NCBI GenBank assembly: GCA_951406725.2
Contig: OX597820.1
Location: forward strand, 10,664,001 to 10,728,000
DNA: 64,000 nt
Source: Octopus vulgaris
Lineage: Eukaryota
Direction: 5' to 3'
This document shows, in pieces, positions 54,077 through 64,000 of this stretch. Below the pieces are notes generated by a model. It ran no database searches, was not told the origin of the DNA, and saw only the letters and a program-made list of their open reading frames with translations. How positions within the stretch are numbered: position 1 is the stretch's first letter; each line of letters opens with the position of its first letter. The position numbers and the translations under genes were made by a program.

Positions 54077-55017
54077 GTTCCGTACTTTTCTTGTAGAGAA
54101 TATATTCGTCTGCATTGTTTGGTAGGATCATGTTCCTCCATATTTTTTCTGTTCACTGGTCCCGTGAAGTAGCTAGAACCGTATACAAAAATATACTGAA
54201 TTGCGTCACGTTCATGTAAAGACAAGTAATAGTTAATGCATTCTGGGAAGCTGAAAGTTGTGCGTGGCCTGTGGGGTGCGTTTTTGCGCTACAAGCAGAG
54301 TCTTTGCTTTAGCGTTTTTTCATGTTATCACGGATCAATCCGGGATAAACGTAGCATGGTTCACAATTCAGCGCACCGTGTTATCCCGGATGAGTGTGAA
54401 AGAAACAGTAATAAATGAGGCATGCATTAGTGATTCCTTTAGCTTCGTCTCAGTAAGTACGGCTAAGTCTCTATAATATCTAAGATTAGATATTATAGGC
54501 CATTTCTTGACAAAACCAGGGACACTGAAGGTTGAAATACTCAAATTAGGCTGACATGGGTCTGAACCAAAAGGAAAACAGCTAAAGGTTTGTTATTTTA
54601 GTGATTTTAGCAAGCGGAAATTTACATCTACCCGAAAATAAAGTATATAATCTTTATTTTGTGAATAAAACTAAAATATTGATTTGCATGAAGAGTGTTG
54701 TAGTTCGCTTGAAGCATTGTAGTACAGAATTAGAATAACGAATGAAATGAGAAACAGGAAAGCTTCAAACATTGCAGAAAGTTAAGAAAACAAAAACTTT
54801 TATATTTCAGGCGCAAAGGCCTATCTTCAGAAGAATACACACAAAGAAACTCTTTTTCTTTTTTGCATAGAGCCTACCAGTTTAGATAGCCGGACGGGCT
54901 GTGACACCGTTTTAGTCCGGTGCTTGTGCTAATAGCTTCAGCTTCCTAAATCCAAAATTTTTAGCGCGTGTAAGATAGTTATTGCTATTATTTTTCTCGT
55001 CATATTGCTATGATATT

Positions 55018-55600
55018 TGATGATGATGATGATGATGAGGAGGAGGAGGAGGAGGAGGTGGAGGAGGAAAAAGAGGTGAAGAAGGAGGGGAGGAGGAGGA
55101 TGACGGCGAGGAAAAGGAGGAGAAGGAGAAGGAAGGGTGGAGGAGGAGGATGACGACGATGATGATGGTGATGACAATGATGATGGGGAGGAGGAGTAGG
55201 AAGGGAGGAGGAGGATGACGACAGCGATGATAATGAGGACGACGGGGAAGAGGAGGAGGAGGCAGTGGTGGACGACGACGGTAATGATGGTGATGACAAT
55301 GACGATGAGGAGGGAAAGGAGGAGGAGAAGAGAAGGAGGATGATGACGACGATGATGATGGTGATGACATCGAGGAGGTGAAGGAGCAGAAGGAGGAGGT
55401 GAAGGAGCAGAAGGAGCAGGAGGAGGTACAGGAGCAGGAGAAGGAGGAGGAGGAGGCTGACGACGATGATGATGGTGATGACGATGAAGATGATGATGAG
55501 GAGGAGGATGATGAGAATGACGATGACGATGATGATGATGATGACGACGACGATGAAAACGATGATGATGACGATGATGATGACAATGAAGAGGAGAAAC
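55018..55600. repeat. (GAT)/(GAG)/(GAC) low-complexity purine-rich tract
   Basis: Direct reading. Confidence 0.9.
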
Positions 55601-56429
55601 AGGAGAAGGTGAAATGGGAAGGTGGGGCAACGAGGAGGAAGACAATATGGAAGAAAAGGCGACGGCAGTGACAAAAAGAATATTCTGATAATGACACTTG
55701 GCTGCTGTTTAACCCTAGGTTAACCTAGGTTAATCCCGTAGTCTTGAATATCTTCTGCAATGTTGATTTTTTTGGTTTCCATGCTGGTAGAATGTGGTCT
55801 GTGGGAATTTTAACTACTACTTCTAGCAAACTGAGCTATCACTTAGCGGCTGTTTGCGTTTGCATTGATGCGAAGAAGATGGGTAGGATGGTGGGGAGAA
55901 AGAAGAATGTCTTAATTACGACGATGCTTGATGTTGTCATGACTAGCGCGCGAGAAATGTGGATGATTGTGATGATGCTGAAGTTAATTAGAACGATGAG
56001 AAAGATAATGATCAAATTGTTACTGATAAATATTATTGAATATGAAATTCATCTGAAACGAAGCTCCAATGAATAGTGTTTTGCAAACTGTTAATTTATT
56101 TGTCAGTGTTTTTACTTTGAATTATTTTGTTTTTTAATTTTTAATTCTACTTCTGCTTAATTTCCAATCGTATTTTTGCCAAAAGAAGCACTGAACCGTA
56201 TTATAAAAAAATATCACGTGATCAGTAACGATAGCAATCAACTGATGCGTTAAAACTATTGAAATCAATCCCCCAACACCGCAGTCATGAGAAACATCGA
56301 TGATGTTGCAACGGCAACAATCATTATCACCCTCGACTTCTACAGCTTCCATAACTGCTGTTCTCATAAACAAACATGGTTATCACTCCTGCTATCACTA
56401 TCATAGTATTATAAATCACAACAACAAAG

Positions 56430-56476
<47 letters not shown>

Positions 56477-56489
56477 AGCACGTGATACC

Positions 56490-57095
56490 TATTTCTTTAC
56501 TACCCACAAGGGGCTAAACACAGAGAGGACAAACAAGGACAGGCAAACGGATTAAGTCGATTACATCGACCCCAGTGTGTAACTGGTACTTATCTAATCG
56601 ACCCCGAAAGGATGAAAGTTCAAAGTCGACTTCGGCGGAATTTGAACTCAGAACGTTACGGCAGACGAAATACCTATTTCTTTACTGCCCACAAGAGGCT
56701 ACACACAGAGGGGATAAACAAGGACAGATAAACGGATTAAGTCGATTATATCGACCCCAGTGCGTAACTGGTACTTATTTAATTGACCCCGAAAGCATGA
56801 AAGATAAAGTCTACCTCGGCGGAATTTGAACTCAGAACGTAGCTGCAGGCGAAATACCTATTTCTATTTCTTTATTACCCACAAGGGGCTAAACACAGAG
56901 GGGACAAACAAGGACAGCCAAACGGATTAAGTCGATTACATCGACCCAGTGCGTAACTGGTACTTAATTTATCGACCCCGAAAGGATGAAAGGCAAAGTC
57001 GACCTCGGCGGAAATTGAACTCAGAACATAACGGCAGACGAAATACGGCTACGCATTTCGCCCGACGTGTTAACGTTTCTGCCAGCTCACCGCCT
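56490..57095 (-). mobile_element. SINE family A trimer with 16-bp TSD
   Basis: TACAGCACGTGATACC at 56474-56489 and 57096-57111. Confidence 0.9.
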
Positions 57096-57769
57096 TACAG
57101 CACGTGATACCACAATACAAAAACACTAACATTCCTGAAATGTCCTAATTTCCACAGGTTGACATCATCATCTTCTTCATCAACAAATTCTACTCTTCAC
57201 AATCAATAAGACTGACTTCCCCAAACAAAATAAAACCTCTGTCGTTAAAAGAATTCGCCAAACCATATTTCGTTTCCCTTGTCTTGCTATAGAAGAGAAT
57301 AATAGGCTCACGTGTGCGAAAACAAATATTTCACCACGTGACTAAAAACCATGTTAGCAATTAATTGAATACAATTCTTATGAATTGATTTTATTTTGCT
57401 TTCTTCCTTTCCATTTTCAAAACCATTCATTCGACAAAAATCTAATTAGTTTCATATATTTCAAAAATTTATTAGTTTTTTCTTTTGTTTTTTTAATATA
57501 AAAATTATCTTGCTAATAAAAATTTTGGTTGGTATCGATAGTAACAAATCAAACTAAATGATTCAGGTTACTAAGTTCATTACTACAATCTACTTAGTGC
57601 AATTAATCCTGAAATATTTGTAAAATATTTCAATTAGTAGAATCATAAGTGGATTAAATGTTTTTCAAAAGATTTCTTTTCTAAATGGTGTTATCAATAT
57701 ATGGCACCGCAATCGTAACAGGTGTCGAGTCAACACAGGGAAATATTCATTAACCGTATCGTACCATTG

Positions 57770-57925
57770 GTAATAATTCTTTCTTATGTTTGACGCAAAC
57801 TTAGCAATTTTGAGATGAGGGGGTGTAGCGGATTACGTCGAACCCACCGTACATCTAGTTGCTATTTTATCGACCACGAAGATGAAAGATAAAGCCGACC
57901 TCTGCGGAGTTTGAACTCAGGATGC
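57770..57925 (-). mobile_element. Old SINE A
   Basis: Diverged match. Confidence 0.6.
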
Positions 57926-58376
57926 AAAGCCTGCTCGGTTGAAGGAGGGCGGTGGGGCAATAATCACTAAATACTTGGTTTATAGACGGATCCATCCAAC
58001 ACATGATAGCAGTTGTTCGACATAAACCAGAAATGCCAGGAAGACACTGACCGAGTGCGTGCAGAACGGTTTACTCAATTTGTGGGCACCTTGGACAAGC
58101 TCGTGTGATAGCACATCCGTGCCTGCAGAGCATATGGCGATTTAAATAAGAGTTTTGACTGTTAATTCCAGCAGGTAGACATACTTAGTATTTCATTTGA
58201 TTAATTTTAATCCTTCAGCTATTTTTTCGGGGGCCCGAAATCGCCTGTATTAATTGATTCTGTTTTTACCATTTATAAAATATTACACTAGATAATAACA
58301 AATGATATCTTCTCAAATTAATTTTTTCGTAAATTATTCGTCTCCTGAAATATTTGCTCCGTGTCGAAATACATAC

Positions 58377-58420
<44 letters not shown>

Positions 58421-58422
<2 letters not shown>

Positions 58423-59278
58423 ACAATTGAGGGTAAAATTAATTAATTAATCAATTTCACCAAGTGTTCAGTATGTAAAAGGACCATTTAAGGCGAATTC
58501 AAAATATTACATTATATAATTAGGGCTTAGTAAAATAAATTACTTTGCCACATACTGAACTTAGTAGAAATAGCAGCCAAAAAAATTTTATTAGCATTTC
58601 TACTACTTAAAGAAAATTTCTCTCAGATAATGTTTACTCCAGACAGCCCACGAAGGTTTGGGGGTAAATACAGAAAAATATCACAAGTACATAGATCGTT
58701 TGAGTACGTCAACGTTTCAAGATTAGCCAAATAAAATCAGCATCTCTTTCATCAGCTCAAAATTTCATAATTTGGATTTGGAAACACTAAAAAGAAGGAA
58801 CTTTACCTATCAGCGAACTTGTCGCTTCAGATGAACCACTCCAACTAAACAGTGTCAACAAATTCAAAATGCGCAGGCGTAAAATTCTGCACTCCCCATT
58901 CCACCCACGTGGTCTATCTAGCAAACATTATATTTTAACCGCGAGAACCGAGGCAGTATGACCGAGAGAAATGAATTATAATATCAACAATTGAGGGTAA
59001 AATTAATTAATTAATCAATTTCACCAAGTGTTCAGTATGTAAAAGGACCATTTAAGGCGAATTCAAAATATTACATTATATAATTAGGGCTTAGTAAAAT
59101 AAATTACTTTGCCACATACTGAACTTAGTAGAAATAGCAGCCAAAAAAATTTTCTTAGCATTTCTACTACTTAAAGAAAATTTCTCTCAGATAATGTTTA
59201 CTCCAGACAGCCCACGAAGGTTTGGGGGTAAATACAGAAAAATATCACAAATACATAGATCGTTTGAGTACGTCAACG

Positions 59279-59280
<2 letters not shown>
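58421..59280 (-). mobile_element. Retrozyme- or Penelope-pLTR-like partial tandem element H3 (564-bp period) in (TA)n
   Basis: 58421-58716 and 58985-59280 are near-identical; a hammerhead spans the repeat boundary. Confidence 0.8.
58699..58761 (-). ncRNA. Type I hammerhead ribozyme candidate with intact core
   Basis: UUUGAG-CUGAUGA-AAGA...UCUU-GAAAC-GUUGAC-GUA-CUCAAA. Confidence 0.75.
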
Positions 59281-59312
<32 letters not shown>

Positions 59313-59316
<4 letters not shown>

Positions 59317-59514
59317 GGAGAGTTCACGGAAAAAAAAGACGAAGACAGGTGGTGTAGAAAACAAACAGATGTATTATTATAACGCTCAGGAATTGAAAAA
59401 GTCTTTTACGTTTGGAGCCTATGCTCTTCTACAGAAAGGGGCACCGAAAAAAACAAGAACAGAAACAAGGAGAGAAAATAAACGTGTGTAGTGGCTACCG
59501 ATCTATCATGGCGA

Positions 59515-59515
<1 letters not shown>
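59313..59515 (-). mobile_element. Hammerhead element H1 with mutated core (CUGUAGA...CAAA)
   Basis: Homologous to the copies at 9031 and 21037; (TA)n both sides. Confidence 0.7.
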
Positions 59516-59570
<55 letters not shown>

Positions 59571-59701
59571 CATATATGTATATATATATACGCATATATG
59601 CAAGTGTGTATGAGCGTACGTACGTATATATATATATATATATGGTAAAACAGATTAGTTTATCACAAATTCTTTGTATGTAAACTCCTAACTATATCTC
59701 C

Positions 59702-59776
<75 letters not shown>

Positions 59777-60104
59777 ACCAAAATATGACCTTTTTGAACT
59801 TAGAATTTTTTGTCTGTATATATAGATACTTCCAAACAAACATGATTTTTAATGAAATACAAATATTTTCTCAAGATTTTTCCTTGTAAACTGTTTTAAC
59901 ATTTTTTTTTATTATTATCAAAGAATGTATATATGTATTGTCACTTTTTATGACAACACAACAAAGTTTTTACAAAGCTTTTACATTTTACTTTTGACAA
60001 TCTTTTTCTAAAAAAGTGAAACCGGTCAAGTGAATAAACACCTTTTAAAATTGCATTTACAAACCTTCTTTTATATATATTTTTTCTGGTTCTCGTAGTA
60101 ATTA

Positions 60105-61228
60105 TCAGGTCATCACATTAGTTCTGTCCGAATTTTAAATAAAGAAAACAAGTGATCAAATGTGATATTTAATTGAACTTTAATCATTAATGTACTTTCC
60201 CTGGTTATCTATGACTTCCTTCCATCTATTTACAAGCTTTTTAATCCAATCAATGTAAAACCCTTTTGGTTTCAAAGCGAAGAACTCTAAAATGTCAGTT
60301 TTTACCTCCTCCTTGCTTGCGAAAGTAATGTCCCCCAAATGATTCTTTAAACTACAAAACAAATGGTAGTCTGCAGGAGTAAGGTCGGGAGAATAAGGTA
60401 GATGAGGAATTTTTTTCCCAGCCAAGCTCTTCAATCTTCTCTGATGTGATCTTTGCAGTGTAGGGTGGCGCATTGTCCTAGTGAAACATCACTCCTTTTC
60501 AATTCACAAAAGCGTGTCATTTTTTCTTCAAAGCTTGGTTCAAATGCTCTAAATGCTGACAGTAGACTTGAGCATTGATTGTTGCATTAGGTGGTAACAA
60601 TTCAATGTGAATTACTCCTTTGCAATCCCACCAGATAGAGAGTAGAACCTTATTTCCTATGAAGTTCCCTTCTCGATTGTGGTTGAGCTTTTTCCCTTTT
60701 ATCAAGCCACTGTTTACGACGTTTAACATTACGATAGAAGATCTATTTTCCGTCATCAGTCACAAGTCTATCCAAAAAGGGTGAAATGAGTCCGCGAGAA
60801 TGGAGAGAATAGCAGATAAGCCTCAAGGAGCTTATCATCAAACTCAACTGGACGTCCTGTTCGATCTTCATCTCCAAGGCTGAAATCTCCGCTTCTGAAT
60901 TTTGCAAACCATCTGCAAGTTCTTTCATTCAAGCATTGTTTCCCATAAACTGAGTGTATGTTTCGACTCCCTTCGGCTGCAGAGTTTCCTTTTTGTACCC
61001 AAAAAGCATTATGTGCCTTAAATATTCTTTAGATACTTCCATGTTAGAAAGGGCTTTAATCATAGAAATTTTAATTCTATTATTCTGTAAAATAATATTT
61101 AATTAGCTTATGCATATACACAAATGCATAAAAATAATTTTTAATTCCACTAGACATTCTAAAATACTATTAAATTTCATTCAATTTTAAAAAAGGTAAA
61201 ATAGGACAGAACTTATGGGGTGACCTGA
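60105..61228 (-). mobile_element. Decayed mariner transposon
   Basis: TIRs TCAGGTCAyC.CATwAGTTCTGTCC, TA TSD, remnants LVTDDGK, KVLLSIWWDCKGVIH and HLPYSPDLTPADYHLF. Confidence 0.9.
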
Positions 61229-61585
61229 TATAATAAACGTCATAAAGTTCATACAGGCGAAGCCGTCCTATTTACTTTGCTACTGAAATATCGTTGCTGT
61301 TTTTATGTAACGCTGTATATGGAAATCCAGATTTCGCTTCCTTAAGATTCACACAGCATACACTACATATAATCAAGATATCATAAATATGAGAGGAGAA
61401 TTATGCATTTTCCAGACGCATTAAATTCCCATTAGTTTTCAATCCGACACGTGTTTCGTCTGCATAAACATGTAACGGTGTGAAAGCTAATGTGAATTTA
61501 ATGACAACAATAATATAATAAATATGTTTGGAAGACATGTACTTCTCCATTCTTCATTATCATATACATTTCTATGTATATATGC

Positions 61586-61644
<59 letters not shown>

Positions 61645-61648
<4 letters not shown>

Positions 61649-61725
61649 CTGCTCAAGGTACCACGCTGTGGGACTGAACCGGGAACTATGTGTTTGGGAA
61701 GCAAGCTTCTTACCACACAGCCATA
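61645..61725 (-). mobile_element. SINE B head fragment
   Basis: Sequence match. Confidence 0.7.
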
Positions 61726-61781
61726 TACATGTGTATGTGTGTGTGTGTGCGTATATATTTGAGTATGTATGTATGTAATCG

Positions 61782-61826
<45 letters not shown>

Positions 61827-61960
61827 TGTGTATGCGCGCGTGTGTGTGTGTGTGTGTATAACATATGTATGTTTATGGAATGTGGCAAATTGTTCGAAAC
61901 AAATTTAAAACAACTGCCAATAAAATCTATGATCGTGTAGCTTTCTAAAGAAATATGTGT

Positions 61961-61994
<34 letters not shown>

Positions 61995-63264
61995 AAATAA
62001 GAGTGAAACAGAGAGAGAGAGAGAGAGAGGGAGAGACAGAGAGAGAGACAGAGAGGGAGAGACAGAGAGGGAGAGACAAAGAGAAAGAGAGAGAGAGAGA
62101 ACGTGTGCATGTATCTGTGTTTGTGTTTCAATGAGTATTTGCTTGAATGAGTGTACGTGTGTGTGTATATGTGCGTGTATGTGTCTGTGTACAACGTTCA
62201 TACTGAAGAGACATGTATCCCAGTTTAGACATTGCACTTGACTTACCCTGGGATCGACAACAATGTCCCAGTTCCTATTTCTGTTCATTTCGGGTCAGCA
62301 AGATCAAATCTTCATTCATGGATTGATGCTGCTAGCAAAGCACAAGGAAGATGAAAGGAAAAGAACACGTGATGTTTGATTTTATATATTTTACTTGTGA
62401 TTGGAACAAATTGCTTACATCGACTTCCATAAACACACGCTAAAGAATGAGAAATGAACAGAAAAATGGATGAATAGACAGAAAAGAACCCGAGGAAGAA
62501 GAAAATAACAGATTGAGCAAGAAATAGAGTGAAATTATTCAAAAGCAATCGGTCATATTTTTGGAAACTGAAGCCTTGCATTATGTATTCACTATCTTTA
62601 GCAACGCCATTCAAGCTGGCAGCCGACACAAGAAATTGATTACTTGCATAGAAGATTCTAGCGGCTAATATAATTGTAATAAAATATGAGACCCATTTAG
62701 TTTCTGTAGTAAAATTTTCAAAGAAAATGTAATTTCTATTCTTGAATAAGGAACTGCATAGAAGCAGTATGTTTAATATTCTATTCAAATAGTTTGCCAC
62801 TAGTTTGTGCTTCCTATATCTGAGTTTCACATTTACGTTAAAGCTATTTATGTAGTTTTTATTTCCTCAAACACTATATCGGTATTTTCTACCGAGTATT
62901 TTAGTATTTTAAACATCATTGCTTTTCCATTCGGTTATCTTTGGAGGAGAATGTCTCTGGAAGTGAACACTGACTTGTGTTCGACTTTATTTCCTTTAAC
63001 ATCAAATAAGGAAATATTGAACTCTCTTCATTCACATTTTGTTAGATGTTATTATTACAATGATTATCACGTTGCCACAGTGGTAATTGGAGGGCTTCCA
63101 AGGAATTGACTCGTTAAAATCCTGTTTTGTACTCTGCAGCATTTGCCTACTTCAAGCTATAATCTCATCGGTGGTCAATCCGTAAATCGCATGGTATATT
63201 TTCATATCTATAGAAACAATAAATTCTTAAGAGATATTAATTCCTAGATAGAATATGGGTTTCA

Positions 63265-63460
63265 GTTTGTGGCACACGGCCAGAGGTTTCGAGAGAGATG
63301 TTAAGCTGCTTACATCAACCCTAGTGCTCAACTGGTACTTATTTTATCGATGGCGAAAGGATAAACGGCAAAGTCGTCCTCCCCAGAATTTGAAACTCAG
63401 TGAGTAAACACGGACGAAATGCTCTCGCTGTGCAAATGTTTCTTCCATTCTGCTGCCTTA
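63265..63460 (-). mobile_element. Old SINE A
   Basis: Diverged match. Confidence 0.6.
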
Positions 63461-63883
63461 TATGCACAATGTCACACGTTAATTGAGAGATATGTAATCT
63501 TTAAGGGACATAACGAAATGCATGACGGAATTAGGCTCACATGCTACCATTTCTGCCATTTACCAATGATTTGACGGAGTAACTGATCTTTCTAATTTAC
63601 TCACGTAATCTTTCATAAATTATAGAGTTTACGGTAATAATCACTCTTTCATCTGAACGCTTATTACAATCAGAATGCAAATCCGATCACAGCTTTGTCT
63701 CCAATTAATAACGGATAGATAAAATGAAAAAGATGCAATAAAATCCAATTTTCTTTATCTTTTCTGTAATTTGCTCCTGAAAAGTTTTCTTAAAGCCTTT
63801 TTCTCATCTACCAAGTGTTATTAACTTATAACTATAAATAGCTCATTATTTAAACATTCTTTGTTTATATATATATATATATG

Positions 63884-64000
63884 GCATTCCGTCAGTTACG
63901 ACGAAGAGTTGATCCAAACAATGGAACAACCTGCGCACGAAATTAACGTGCAAGTGGCTGAGCACTCCGCAGGCACGCGTAACCTCAACGTAGTTCTCAG
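63884..64000 (-). mobile_element. SINE C 3' end, runs off the window
   Basis: Matches 11889-12012. Confidence 0.75.

Noticed and set aside
54938-55697. ORFs of 220-235 aa rich in S, H, I, D or E
   Set aside because: Trinucleotide low-complexity tract open in several frames; no domain or splice support
62312-63210. 172-aa minus-strand ORF and adjacent non-repetitive sequence
   Set aside because: Non-ATG start, no recognisable motif, and neighbouring frames are closed

Overview
AT-rich eukaryotic intergenic or intronic DNA with no host protein-coding gene that I can support. The SINE families and the very high (TA)n/(CA)n/(TAA)n density resemble octopus (coleoid cephalopod) genomic DNA; this assignment is from memory, not from a search. 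The window is dominated by repeats: four tRNA-derived SINE families (about 30 copies), 5'-truncated R4/Dong-like REL-endonuclease LINEs clustered in (TAA)n tracts, RTE LINE 3' ends, mariner relics and MITEs, non-autonomous Helitrons and two fold-back elements. Most listed ORFs are microsatellite or SINE artefacts. The most interesting signal is a set of at least four unrelated short non-coding elements that carry hammerhead-ribozyme folds (CUGANGA...GAAA...NUH with stems I-III). Most are embedded in (TA)n microsatellites. One has a 564-bp partial-tandem, retrozyme-like layout, and one is fused to a tRNA-like Pol III head. Also notable are a probable SINE 3' transduction with both source and daughter in the window, and two unexplained hairpins of about 75 nt.
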